Of a stretch of DNA of 64,000 nt, positions 40,336 through 53,009 are shown in pieces. Both the position numbers and the translations under genes were made by a program. Origin of the DNA: Octopus bimaculoides (taxonomy: Eukaryota); NCBI RefSeq assembly GCF_001194135.2, contig NC_068997.1:10769255-10833254 (forward strand), read 5' to 3'. Every line of letters begins with the position of its first letter. The first letter of the stretch is position 1. The notes beneath the pieces were generated by a model, which was not told the DNA's origin, ran no database searches, and saw only the letters and a list, made by a program, of their open reading frames with translations.

Positions 40336-42881
40336 CTTCGTAAAATATAATGTGGAATATACTGTCAAATCTCCTTTTCAGTTTCGGGTGGCTGATTTAA
40401 AACGTAATATAAACAGTATTGACATTCTGTCGGTTTTTCAGTTCTGGGGAGAAATAATACGTGGGAACTCTTCAATACAATGAAAGAAAACAAACGATTG
40501 CATAAAGTAGCTTTGTTAAAAGAATTTTTTGCGACGTGCTAGTTCAGATGTAAGCAGGCTATGCGGGCCATACAAAATGTCAAGGTAACGAAACACCACA
40601 GTAACGCTCGATTAGTTGTAATGTGTTACAGCCACTATTAAAGGCTGAACATTCGGCACTAGTGAGCAAGGGGGAGTGTTTGCAATGCAATATTAGTGTC
40701 TAAAGTGTCAAATGAATATGCTATTATGTCATATTCGAATCTTGTAACCAGTCAGTGTATAGATTTTCGGTAAGTAATCATAACTATATCATATACATGC
40801 ATTTACCATCGGAAATTAGTAGGGATATTGTGAAGCGTGGCATTTGTAGCTTTTTTGATAAAATTCTTTTAGTAGTCTGTTGATTAAAATAGTGCAAGCT
40901 TAGAGTAAGTTTTCTTGATTACATAGAGATGATACTTGTACAAGGAAGCGGAATGCAAAGCTGAAGTAAAATATTTTAGAAACGACTAACAGCAACTATA
41001 TTCGTTGTTGATTTACAGAATAAAGAGTTTAGATTATTATAACCGAAGACTGTTAAAATCCAATGTTTATGAAGCGTAGGATGGATAAAGGGTTATACTG
41101 TGATAAGAGGATCTGTAATTAAATCAGCGACCCAAGTGCTGGGAGAGGGATCAAACATATAATTAGAAAAGTTAGATAATATGCTTCTATATTAGAAACT
41201 GCCAAAATCACATCAGTTATATCAGAAGTAAATTCTCTTTCGTGAAATTTTCAAGTATACTATTGAGGAATCTCGAGTATTTCAGCGTAGAAGGAAACTG
41301 CAGTAAATAGTAGTACTCTACCCTTGCACGTTTCACCTGTAATCTGGGAGTCTGTACACGCGATACTCAAAAAGAAACGCTATTGGCCTGACATTTATCT
41401 TGCGGGTACTGTGGTTGGGAGTAAAGTCTATCTCGTTCGTGTTTTACTTTAAATATACGCAGTTTTGTTCGTTTATGTCTTTTTTTGTTAGTGTTATTTC
41501 CTGACGTTTTTTTTTCAGAAAAGAAAAATGCGGCCATTATTTATGAACATTTTGGTTTTCATTAGCTGTGTTATAGTTTGAAAATATTTATGCTTATATG
41601 AATACTTTAATAATATATTTATTAAAAAAATAGATTAAAATATAGAATTCAGATTTTTGAATAATGTAGACAATCAATGAGTCTGTCCTATCTTTTCGAA
41701 CATTACGCTGGCATACTTGTTTCTATATATTTCCAATTACTTTGGCAATCAATTTCTTCACAAATCGTCAATATTAAAATGTTCTATATTATATTTGATT
41801 TTAGATTTACATTTGTGGTAAACCATTTTACCATTTTTTTTCGTTCAGAGCAGCTCTAATAGACAATGTTCATAGTCTACTTCATTCTATGCATTTTTTT
41901 TTACTTGCTAGTTAATCCTTGCTCATATTTCTTCTGTAAAATACTTTCCTCATATTTCTTTTGTGAAATGCCATTGATTGTTGATGGAAATCATTAAAAT
42001 ACTTTACAGCATATCTCTTCAATCATCCTAACGTAATCTCGTTTCTTTAAATTAGGTGCTTCTTTTCTTTTAAACAATGTTGGAAACAATATTGGCGCCT
42101 GCGTTAGATAAAAATCTATGAAAAACGGACAGACACGTTATTGAATTATAAGGAAGAGTAAGTGTAGTATTTTTTCTTTTACCTTTCCTTTGATAATCAC
42201 TGGATTTTATAATGATGAATTATTCGTATATGTTTATTTCAAACTTAGAATAGATTTTAAACTCATTGATTTTATGCTAAGCATCGGAAATTGCATTAGT
42301 AAATAAACTAATGGGTCTAGTAAGTATTCTATAGTCTAGCCATGTGTATCATATATTTTCATGTATGTGTAACATGCCTGTATATGTGCGAGAAAATATA
42401 TTGATCAGCGAATTCATGAGTGTTTAGTAACCATTTTAAGATTTTGTTCGAAGATTGTATGTTGTTTTCTTTTATTAGGAATGAAAGATTAGTAAATGAT
42501 ACAATTGTTCAATACTTTTTTTGTTTTTCTGGAGAGGGGAAGGTGTCAGGTATAGAAGAAGAGTCGTTATCATTGAAAGAGCAGTAAATCTATAACGACA
42601 AACGCTGTTGTTACGACGATATTTGGCTGTCTTCCAAGCGTCATTGCAACATTTGACCACTTTCAAACGCACCTCCATGTCTCCGCAATGATACTTATCT
42701 CATTCTATATCTGAACCCATACGAACCAATTTCAGACGGGAAAGAATACTAATCCCCTAGTGGGTCTGTTGTTAATCATTCTGTGTCTAAAAGTGATTGC
42801 TATAATGCCTACTATGAATTTAAAGAATGTCCTAGCCGGTGAGCGATAAGATATTTCAGGGTTATAGCTTGTTGCAAATAT

Positions 42882-43237
42882 CGTGGCACTCCGTCGCAAA
42901 CGACGACGAGGGTTCCAGAAGTTCCGATTAACGGAAAAGCCTGCTCGTTAAATTAACTCCACAGACACGTGTACCCATAAGGTAGTTCTCGCGGAGATTC
43001 AGCGTGACACAGAATGTGACAAAGCTGGCCCTTTGATATACAGGTGCAACAGAGACAGGAAGAAAGAGAGAGAGAAAGTTGTGGTGAAAGAGTACATCAG
43101 GCACCCTCTGCTGGAGCCTCGTGGAACTTTAGGTGTTTTCGCTCAATAAACGCTCGCAATGTCCGGTCTGGGAATCGAAACCGCGATCCTACGACCGCGA
43201 GTCCGCTGCCCTAACCACTGGTCCATTGCACCTCTAC
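42882..43237 (-). mobile_element. Full-length tRNA-derived SINE (family C) with an 11-bp target-site duplication
   Basis: Minus head GGTGCAATGGACCAGTGGTTAGGGCAGCGGACTCGCGGTCGTAGGATCGCGGTTTCGATTCCC has pol III A and B boxes. GTTGCAAATAT flanks it at 42871-42881 and 43238-43248. Confidence 0.85.
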
Positions 43238-43442
43238 GTTGCAAATATATGAAGAATTTGTAGCATTAAACTATACACCTTGAAACTTGATCTCCATTCG
43301 TACAAACATTAAATATACCGACGTTGCTGTTCAAAGCAGATTATATGTATACTCTTTCTTCACTAAACCCTGTAGTGTTATGTTGAGTATGAAATATAAA
43401 GAGAAAATTTCAAAATTCTTTATTTGCTGTTTAATAATGTAA

Positions 43443-44175
43443 GACCAAGCTCTGGCCACGACCTGGACGGTCAACCTGAGGAATGAGCAAGTGTCTCCGC
43501 TGTGCCGGATCTGCTATAGAGTAGATGAAACCATTGCTCATATCACGAACGAATGCCCTAAACTTGCGCAAAACCACTTCAGGTTGTAGCGACACGACCA
43601 GGTAGCCGAAGTGCTACATTGGAAATTGTGCAAAAAGTGGGGGCTAGAGAGAGGCAAAACGTGATATGAGCTCAAAACGCAGAGAGTGGCAGAGTCTGAG
43701 ACTAGCAAAATCCTCTAGGTTTTTTCATTCGAAACAGATCAGGTACTAGAGCATAACAGACAGGAGCTAGTGGTGGTGGTCAAGGTGTGCCACATATGCT
43801 ATATAATTGATGTTACATGCCCCTTTGACTCACGAATAGGCAAGAAGGAAAGCGAAAAGATAGATAGATACAGCCCTCTTAAGTACGAAATAGCCCGGCT
43901 ATGGAAAATGAAAGTGAAGATAGGGCCAATTATTGTTGGGTCTTTAAAACAGTATCAGAAGGCATCAAGAGGAATATAAAGGAAACTGGAAGAAAGTACC
44001 CAGCAGAATTGTTACAGAAGGTTTGTCTCTTTGGCGCGGCCAGAATAATCAGGAAAGTATTAAATAGCTGAAAAGAAAGAGTAGCGTGGTACTGTAGGCT
44101 GCTGGTAGCAAGCCCAATACGCATGCAATACTGCAGGAGCTGCAACAAAACCTGTGATAAAGAGAAAAAAATAAC
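43443..44175 (+). mobile_element. 5'-truncated RLE-type non-LTR retrotransposon (R4/Dong-like): CCHC plus restriction-like endonuclease plus short 3' UTR
   Basis: QALAT...PLCRICYRVDETIAHITNECPKLAQ (CCHC)...RHDQVAEVLHWKLC...ETDQVLEHNRQELVVV...IIDVTCPFDSRIGKKESEKIDRYSPLKYEIARLW...PIIVGSL / LLQKVCLFGAARIIRKVL, stop at 44069-71. A few premature stops and one frameshift. Confidence 0.9.
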
Positions 44176-44177
44176 AG

Positions 44178-44574
44178 TATACCAGGAAATAAAAAAATAG
44201 AAGAAATTCAAAAAATAGTGCTCATGGAAACTGCTCATATCGTACGAATAATATAGTCTAAGTAATCCCCCAAATATTTTAATCTGTAAACATTGTCAAA
44301 GTACTTTTTAATGGACATAATAGCAAACATCTTTGACTGTCATCTTAACATGACATTATCACCTTATGCTCGAATTACTTTTAAAACAAGCTTTTAATTT
44401 TCTTATGTTTTGACAAGCATTCTCTAGAACAATTCTCTAGGGGAAAAAAACAAAAATATGGCACCCTAGACAAAACACCGCCTTGAACTTCTAACTTGTT
44501 GTCTCTTTAGGGCTCTGGCTCAAAGTCGGAGTCAACAAAGTAAAAACCAAACATATAATGACAATAATAATAAT
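44178..44574 (+). mobile_element. 3' end of a second RLE-type LINE family with a longer 3' UTR ending in (AAT)n
   Basis: IPGNKKIEEIQKIVLMETAHIVRII* (cf. LQK..LLGTA.I.R) followed by about 300 bp of non-coding sequence and CAAACATATAATGACAATAATAATAAT. Confidence 0.55.
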
Positions 44575-44786
44575 GGTTCCATATTTTGGCATAACGCCAG
44601 CAAGATCGGGGATTGGGGGAAGTCGATTACATCGACTCCAATACTCAATTGATACTGATTTTATCAATTCAAAGAGATGAAAGGCAAAGTCGTCTCCGGT
44701 CGAATTTGAGGTCAATAGGTAAAGATATACGAAATACCGCTAAGTATCTTACCTCGCTTGATAACGATTCTGATAGCACGCTACCC

Positions 44787-44787
<1 letters not shown>
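44563..44787 (-). mobile_element. SINE family A with (ATT)n tail, flanked by (AAT)n tracts on both sides
   Basis: Reverse complement of the family A head at 44787 and tail at 44575; GATGAAAGGCAAAGTCG centre. Confidence 0.75.
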
Positions 44788-44830
<43 letters not shown>

Positions 44831-45200
44831 GTAATAATAGCAATGGTTTCAAATTTTGCCACAAGGGCAGCAATTTTGGAGAACTGGATCAAATGATACA
44901 TCGACCCCGGATAATGATAATGTTGATAATGAGGTTGATAATGATGACCATGATAAAGATGATGATGATGATGCTGCTGATATTGATGAAAATGATGATC
45001 ATCATCATGGTTATCTAAAAGGAACTGGAATTCAAACTCGAACTGTCGAGAAATTTGAGAACGACGCTTGAAATTTGAGGAGATTTATTGTCGCCAAAAC
45101 TCAAGATAAACTAACTAATTTGCATGCACGTGCGAAATAATGATGATTATAATACTGCTGCTGCTGTTGACGATGATGATTATGATGATGATGATGATGA
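44787..45200. repeat. (AAT)n and (GAT)n triplet tracts interleaved with SINE A fragments
   Basis: Read directly; the source of the spurious N-, D- and M-rich ORFs. Confidence 0.85.
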
Positions 45201-45755
45201 TACGAAGAAAATGATTGTAAATCCTCGTTGCTTATAAAAGTCAATAAAACGTGAAGACCGATAGTGTTATTCTGCTTGAAGGAACCATTGAACTGATTAA
45301 AGTTGCACTAATTCAATCAGAATATCTCGTGTACTGATTCCCGTTCACGAATATTCAATTAGGAAGAAAACCTATATTTGATGTGTTAGATAATATGAAA
45401 TAAATACCTTTGATGGTAATTTTCTATTTGATGTTTTAGTATACTCTACATTACTTGAACCTAATCATCACTGAGACATGCTTAATAAAAGGACAAAATC
45501 ATAGAAAATAGCTGTAAAGCAGTGAGCTGATTAAATCGTCATTCACACGTACTCAAAAGTTAATTAGATCTCATTATACGATTAAGGAGTCGTAGGTCCA
45601 TGAATTAGTGGATACATGCATTCTACAAACACCATAAAATAAGTATTTTAATGTTTTACCCGGTGAACGATACTCTATATGTGCAATATTCCTGCTTCAG
45701 ATATTACTTAACGAACATCGTCCTACTGTCTTAGAAAATGATCCGTTCGATAATA

Positions 45756-45900
45756 TACGAGGGCGTGTTGAAAAGTTCCTGGTACTGAGTAAAAGGATAT
45801 ACAGGAGGATCAGTTAATTATGATTTTATTCAACATATCCCCCTCTCAGATTCACACACTTATTGCAGTGCTACTTTAGTTTTTCTCACCCCTGTAAAAC
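45756..45900 (+). mobile_element. Mariner-type terminal fragment (MITE or one end of an element)
   Basis: TA followed by CGAGGGCGTGTTGAAAAGTTCC resembles mariner TIRs of the TACGAGGG..T.AAAAGT type. No matching second TIR seen. Confidence 0.5.
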
Positions 45901-46039
45901 GAACTCGTATTTATACAAAACTTCAAAAGATTGGATGGTCGAAGCTGTAAATTCTTAATATATTTTCATAATTTTGTGACATTACTGCAGATTAAATTGC
46001 AACAAGAACAATAACTATTCGTATAATACCATCAACACA

Positions 46040-46245
46040 TCTAAGCTGGCAGAACGGTTAGCACGTCGGCCCAAATGCTTTGTGACATTTTGTCCCTTTT
46101 TATATTCGGAGTTCAAATTTCACCGAGGTCAGCTTTACCATTCATCCTTTTAGATTCGATTAAGTAACTAACAGTTGAGCATTGAGATTGCTGTAATTGA
46201 TGAGCCCTCTCCAACAAAATTTCGTGCTTGGTGCATATTGCAGAC
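46040..46245 (+). mobile_element. SINE family A
   Basis: AGCTGGCAGAACGGTTAGCACG...GAGTTCAAATTTCACCGAGGTC...TTCATCCTTTT. Confidence 0.75.
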
Positions 46246-46276
46246 AAGATACTACCAAGAACGCATACGAAAAGAA

Positions 46277-46338
<62 letters not shown>

Positions 46339-46854
46339 TACATACATGTATATACATACATACATGTATATATATGTATATGTATGGAGCTTAAAACAAT
46401 AAGTTTCAATAAAGATAGAACATTTGCTGATGAATTAGTGTGCTAATTAATGAGATTCTTACATATTGCTAAAATGTTCAGGTAAGTCGAACATGTTTTC
46501 TATAATCTTTGCCCATCTTGATTATATATCAAAGATTAAAGGGGAAAATTATTATTGCGAGAAGTGATATTTTAGCTTACATGAAGACGCAGAATATCGA
46601 TTTTTTTTTCGCACAGGTGTAAAACCAAGAACATACAGAGGTGCTGAATTTTTTCTTAATGCAACATCAACAATATCCTCGTTTGTCAGCGTTTTGCAAT
46701 CACCGATTCAATGCACTTTCTTTTACAGGGTGAAACATAAGCACATACATAGATACAAACATGCAAACATACACACAAACATACCTACCTATCTCCCTAC
46801 CTACCTACATACATTCGTGCATATATACATACACACGTACAAACATACAAGCAG

Positions 46855-47365
46855 CCATGACTGGGTTCTCCTGCTTGCGTGGCATAGCGTAATGTTCAGT
46901 TGGCAGACGTACGGCCTTCCAGCAACCAACCTCCTAACCGGCCATGTTCAGTCTGATGCCCCGTGGGAAGTTGAATGGTGGGAAAAATGTCGCCATTACT
47001 AGTGATCTTTCCAAACACCATGATGTTGATTGGATGTTTGATTTTTATCACTCTCGGTACATGTTTTGGGGACATGGCAACACAACGCTTGTTCTGTGTG
47101 TTCACCGTTTGAGCCTGGCAGAAATATTTCTCGTCCGAGAAAGACCAAGGCATGTTCGATTGGAAGGGATGCTTGAGCCTGTTGAAAAACTTCGCAGTGC
47201 AGTCTTTCCTCATGTCCTTAATGGCTTGGGATATAAAGTGGCCCTTTCTCATCGTATATCAGAAATACTGAATGTCATCATGCACTACCTGCCTTATAAG
47301 AAACTCTGACACTTCCACGTCCCTGACGATGGACCTGATAGACTTGGAACGCGACAATTTACCTA
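46855..47365 (-). mobile_element. Tc1/mariner transposase fragment, maT (DD37D)-like
   Basis: Minus strand: SKSIRSIVRDVEVSEFLIRQVVHDDIQY / MRKGHFISQ...WSFSDEKYFCQ (FSDEK at 47141-47127)...NTQNKR...VPRVIKIKHPINIMVFG / VAGRPYVCQLNITLCHASRRTQSWL (decayed PYV.QQDSAPCH box). FSDEK and QN.R motifs are typical of maT-like elements. Confidence 0.75.
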
Positions 47366-47369
47366 TTGC

Positions 47370-47545
47370 ACCCTATATTTAACGATGGGACGGTTTCAGT
47401 TTCCGTCCACAAAATCCGTTCACACCCTTTCGGTCCGCCCACGGTAGAACAAAAGACATTTGCCTAAGGTGCTATGCAGAGGGACTGAACCCGGCACCAT
47501 GTGGTTGAGAAACAAGCTTTTAGCACACAGCCACACCTGCGCCTA
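47370..47545 (-). mobile_element. SINE family B 5' half
   Basis: Minus strand: GGCGCAGGTGTGGCTGTGTG...GGGTTCAGTCCC...GCACCTTAGGCAAATGTCTT (CORE-like)...GACGGAAACTGAAA. Confidence 0.8.
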
Positions 47546-47699
47546 TATATATAATCCAATTTATAAAATAGTTTAAATATTTACATTCAAAAAGATAATA
47601 AATCTAACTTAAAGATAATATGAATGATATTGTCAGGCAAAGAGATGTTTTAGTCACTGTAGCTATGTATGTCTTCTTGTTCAGACGTATTGAATGATA

Positions 47700-47725
47700 T
47701 ATGTATGCTTATATGTGTTTGTGTA

Positions 47726-47777
<52 letters not shown>

Positions 47778-47803
47778 TGTATATATATATACATATATAC
47801 ATA

Positions 47804-47847
<44 letters not shown>

Positions 47848-47915
47848 TGTATGTATGCATGTATGTGTGTATGTGTGTATGTATGCATGCATGTATGTAT
47901 GTATGTGTGTATGAA
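47700..47915. repeat. Long (TA)n/(TATG)n microsatellite
   Basis: Read directly. Similar tracts occur at about 29620-29833, 36305-36400, 37370-37455, 46280-46385, 48990-49300, 50690-50990, 52020-52290 and 62850-62950. Confidence 0.95.
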
Positions 47916-49960
47916 TATTAATTTTAGAATTAACATAAGGCAAATTATAGAATAATTTTTGTGTTTACATTCACAACGATCTTAAACTTTCGGATTTTAA
48001 GTTTTGTATTTCTATAACTTGTCACAGGCACTTTATTAACTTATACTGAATGTCATTTAATCCAGAAAAAAAAGAAAATACAGAAAAAATTCAGCATCCC
48101 GTTAAACCGAAGGATATAATCAGTTGAAGAAATATTTTAGTTATTGCAGCGTGAGTTTGCGATGGATTACTATAATTAAGTAGCGTAATCCAATTAATCT
48201 CACACTATCCATAAAGTCAATGGTTCATGAAGGGAAGAAAAGAATTATACTTTTTGTTGAAAGATTTCAATAGCTACTGTGGGTAAAGTTATTATTTCAC
48301 TGAAAATATAAAAAAACAAAAACAAAAGCAAAAGAAAAAATATGTGGAAATTTTATAAAATAATCTAATCTTTTCCTTTTGTTATTTTGTTTATAGATTT
48401 TTAAACATTAATTTGAAATTTTTTCATTTGTTTATTGAATCTTATTGTTTTGATTTCAGGAAATTTATCGATTTCTTTTTCTCACAAAATTGATTTTTTT
48501 CTGGAAACATTGAATCGAAATTTATGATAATATTTGGTAACGAGTTTTTATTATCTTGGAATATCTCATGTGTTTATAGAATTATCAACAGCATATGGGA
48601 ATTGCTATTGCATGAGAAATAAGGGATAGGAGATTATGAACAAGAAAATAAGAACATGATAATCAATAATATTCTATGCCTCATATACCATTTTTTAAAA
48701 TTATGAGTGTTAAAAATCTTTAAGATGTAAAATAAATTTTAAGTTTGCAGAATGTTATGTGAAAATCATTCCATTAGTCACAACATTTAAATCATGTTAC
48801 CTGAAAGCAAATCAAAACTCCATAAGATCTAAATACATACTTCTCCATGATTGCCCGACAAGTATTCTGAATAACACACAAACACACACGCACATACATA
48901 CACATATTTATAAAGGTCAAAGCCTATGTAAAGATAGTATCCTTCGTTGGTTGATGCAAAATATATGGCCACTCCTCAAATACTGGTTCCTGCCCTATAT
49001 ATATATATATATATATATAGATAGATAGATATATAGGGCAGGGAATCGTAAATTAGTAGTTTGTAGTTTGGAATCAGTAGTTCTTTGACTGCTATTTCTG
49101 AATTCTCAGTATGTTGGAGAAGCAGGCTTCTTCTAATCTCTGTNNNNNNNNNNTGTTGGAGAAGCAGGCTTCTTCTAATCTCTGTATATTTATGATTATA
49201 TATATATATATATATATATATACAGGTATATATACGCGCATAGACACACACACACACACACACATATATGCATGCATATATATATATATATATATACACT
49301 CTCAAAAATAGAAAACTAGAGCGCCGAAGTGTGTAAAACCTACGAATGTCTAGACATTAGGAAATGCTAACGTTGTAAAATTTTAAACACCTTTCAGGTA
49401 AAAAAAAGTCTGAAAGTCGATATAAATTCAGACAGAAATGAATGAATTAAATTCAATAAATGAATTTGTTTTAAAGACTATTGTCTCACATCTGTATACA
49501 AGAAAAAGAACATTACTTTTGCCTAAGTATTGTTAAAGGCATTTGTATTTTAAGTTTTTTTTCTTTTGTTTTCCTTCTTAATGAATCATCTCTCGCAGCT
49601 GCGTGCACTTTGAATTTGTACGTTCACTTGACTCCGCTCGTGTTATTCACACAATGAGGAATTTTATTCTTCCCAACAAATCTTAGATTATTTCACGACA
49701 CATACCATTTATATTTACGCATTCTGAATGTGAAAGTTTTTTTCGGTAGGTTAGTAAAATTAGTAACACTTACCTCATTTCTAAATGAAATATTCAAAGT
49801 GAAAGCTTTTAGACATTAATTTTTTGGATGCAAGAGTGATATTGAATCTAGTGTTTAAAATGTTACTTGGAAATTTTCCTATATCATCAAATACATGTGC
49901 ATGTTTAACGATATTATAAGATAAAAACAAAAAATAAACCTATAGACTTACAGACACTTG

Positions 49961-50102
49961 TGATGGTGTGTTTACGTCCCCACAACAAGGGATATCGTTA
50001 AAATAAATACTAGGCTGACAAGAGTACTGGGGTTGATTCATTCGGCTAAAAAGTCTTCAAGGTAGGGCCTCAGCATGGCCGCAGTGTAATGACTGAAACA
50101 GG
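49961..50102 (+). mobile_element. SINE family B 3' half
   Basis: GGTGTGTTTACGTCCCC...TACTAGGC...CTGGGGTTGATT...CAGCATGGCCGCAGTGTAATGACTGAAACA. Confidence 0.8.
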
Positions 50103-50144
50103 TCTATGGTAAAGGATAAAGGACTTGCAACATCTCGCAGCACT

Positions 50145-50350
50145 AAGGCGGCGAGCTGGCAGAAACGTAAGCACGCCTGGCGAAATTCTTAGCGGCATTT
50201 CGTTCTGAGTTCAAATCCCACCGAGGTCGACTTTGCCTTTCATCCTTTCGGATTCGATAAATTAAGTACCTGTAGCATACTAGGGCCGATCTAATCGACT
50301 GACCCCCTCCCCCAACATTTCGAACCTTCTGCTTAGAGTAGAAAAGAGTA
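50145..50350 (+). mobile_element. tRNA-derived SINE, family A (well-preserved copy)
   Basis: AAGGCGGCGAGCTGGCAGAAACG...GAGTTCAAATCCCACCGAGGTCGACTTTGCCTTTCATCCTTTCGG...GATAAATTAAGTACC. Many related copies occur in the window. Confidence 0.9.
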
Positions 50351-50421
50351 TCCCTCAGCTCTAAGACACCTATAAATATACAGCATAGTGAAGCAAGATT
50401 TTTACTGAATCCCCCTTTGAT

Positions 50422-50580
50422 ATTTCAGTTGTTTCAGTCTTTGGACAGCGGCCATACTAGGGTACAACCTTAAAGGCTTTGGTCAAACACAATCGATCAA
50501 AATTCTTGTTTTGCATCTGCTACTTATTGTCTCCTTCTCTTTTAGCAAATCTCTTATTTACGGGGACCTACACAAACCAA
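50422..50580 (-). mobile_element. SINE family B 3' half (inverted relative to the 49961 copy)
   Basis: TTGTTTCAGTC...GCGGCCATACT...GGGGACCTACACAAACC. Confidence 0.6.
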
Positions 50581-50690
50581 AATCAGCTATTTCTTCTTAC
50601 TATGAAATCAATTGTAGCCTTAATACAAGAATAAAGAAATTCTATTCACCAATGCGGTACTGGGGCACTCACTCTCATCGTTCAACATTT

Positions 50691-50725
<35 letters not shown>

Positions 50726-50781
50726 CATATACATACATACACACATGCATAGATACATAGACACACGCACACACACACACG

Positions 50782-50815
<34 letters not shown>

Positions 50816-50932
50816 GGGGTTATGAGCGATAGTGGTGTCAATTAGACCCAAATGTTTCAGGTAATGCTGAGTAAGTGCTATGGATAGAACATATCTAAGC
50901 TCCAGGTTCGGTTATTATGCGATATATATATA

Positions 50933-50975
<43 letters not shown>

Positions 50976-53009
50976 CTGTGTGTCTGTGGGCACACAATAA
51001 TGTGACTTTTCTGATACTTAAATTAATGTCGCCTCTAATTTTCGCTCACATGCAATATTTCAATTACTTAGCAGTGTTAGACAGTCATTAGCTACTTTCA
51101 AAGTAGTCTGAATGTGTATTAACACGTATTCATCTTCAAGTGGAACATCTTGCAACGTTTTAATTTTGTACATGTATTTCAAAACCAACTTCAATAGTTT
51201 TTCAATTTAGAAAGAAATATATTAGTAAGAGATATATTCGCTTCACTCGGTTTTTGCTTCTCTATTTTTCTCTGCAACCCGATATTATAGAACTGAGATC
51301 ACCCTCTTAAACCGCTGATGCATGCAGTTAGTGTCTAGTGTGTCTTTTTCACGGTATGGTCATGTCTTTTATAATTCTACTGTGGCTAAATGACAGACGG
51401 TGCTTTCGTGACCATTTGAATAACGGAATACACCTTTGATAATATTTGTGTATCTCGGGACGGTCATTCTTTTAGCCAAATAAACGCACGCACCATATAT
51501 TAGTTCTTCACCTTAGATTTATTTTTCTTATTTTATGTCCATTATCTGGATATTTTTCGTCACACATCCTATTAACTCTTCAGCGACTCGCCAACCCACG
51601 TGTGTTTACTTTGCAAAAAAAAAAAAAAAAAAAATCACCACCTCAAAATATAACAATTACTATTTCAACTTATGATTTCACATCAGGCTTCCTGCAAAAC
51701 AAATGCAGAAACATAACAATCGTTTGATGGTATATTTCAGTGTAAAATGATAAAATACGTCCCATGTTTATCATTAAAGAGCTTCTGCGTTTTGTGAATT
51801 GAAAATTAAATGATGATATAGTAACTTGTCTTGTTCTTCATTATTAGAGTAAATTTTATTGAATAATTTTTACCAAGTGTTTATTCCAATAGTGTTTTCC
51901 CATCCTTTTTAACAATTATGTTAATTATTACTATTTGATTGCTTTCAAATTTTATAACTTTATTCGGAAAATTGTTTTCATACACGCAGGAATCGGGTAT
52001 TTTTGACAATCGCTTATCCTGAGACACACACATAAACAATCATATACTCAAACACGCGCTCACACTCACACACTCGCAAGTAAACACACACACACACTCA
52101 CACACAGGCATACATACACACAGACACACATACAATGATTTACTTGTGTGTATATATATATGCATACATAACTTCGTATATACATATTTATATACACATA
52201 CAGACACATATGCGTATGTGAATGTGTATTTGTATATATTAGTGTATTCACAGCACAGCATCACATCCTGACACATGCACACATAGATGCACATTCACTT
52301 GTAACATTTTGTGGAATAATAAGTCACATATTGCAATTGTGTGAAAATTATTGAAGCGGTATATTGTGTTAATGCAGGTGTCTTTAACAATTTTCCGCTT
52401 TTATTATCGAAGAACTATACGTTAATAGCCAGACACTCTGGAGACAGAAATCTAAGAAATGAAATATGAACCGAAAAGAATAAGTGAAAAAAATGTTAAT
52501 GACATATAAAATATTGTTTTTTATCTTTACCATTATTGCGTATATGTTGGGAAAATATTTACGTATATAGCGTTCATCCTAGCGCCTGACTAGAATTTTC
52601 TTTCAGCAACCCTAGAGAGATGACAAAAGTTGAGCGTAGTGGCATTTAAGAACATAAATAGGCAATTATATTGCAGTGCTAACGTCCAGCACATTATCGC
52701 TGTCCTGTTTATCAGTTATGTTGATTATTAACATTGGCACAAGACCAAACAAAAATACTGGCAGTGTTTTTGTTCATTAAATTGATAGCTGTACTTGACT
52801 CATATTTTTTATCGATCCCGGAAAGAAAGAAAAAAAGCCACAATTCATTCAGCTAGAATTTTAATTCGGAAGCGAGAATACCATATACATACAACAAGGA
52901 TTTTCCTCAGACGCTTATATGTTTCCGCCAATCCACTATCAATGACTGTGGATAATATTGCAACTTGGCTAAAGGTTTACATTTTAAAAATTATTTTGTT
53001 GTCAATATA

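Noticed and set aside
40665-40690. AAGGGGGAG-TGTT resembling a Copia polypurine tract and LTR start
   Set aside because: No upstream RNase H-like frame and no second LTR.
41070-41240. Possible further RLE-LINE 3' trace (ASILETAKIT) and a possible CR1-like linker at about 8500-8900 (-)
   Set aside because: Single weak motifs only; not distinguishable from chance by eye.
43160-43237. tRNA gene
   Set aside because: No intact acceptor stem or T-run terminator; it continues into a SINE body bounded by a TSD. The same applies to the other SINE heads.
44856-45071. Asp-rich ORF resembling an acidic biomineralisation protein, and a similar DDDD-KKKK frame on the minus strand near 200-270
   Set aside because: Arises from (GAT)n/(GAC)n/(AAG)n triplet repeats embedded in SINE fragments or simple repeats.
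49112-49185. 32-bp direct repeat flanking an N10 gap
   Set aside because: Identical contig ends either side of a placeholder gap; an assembly overlap artefact.
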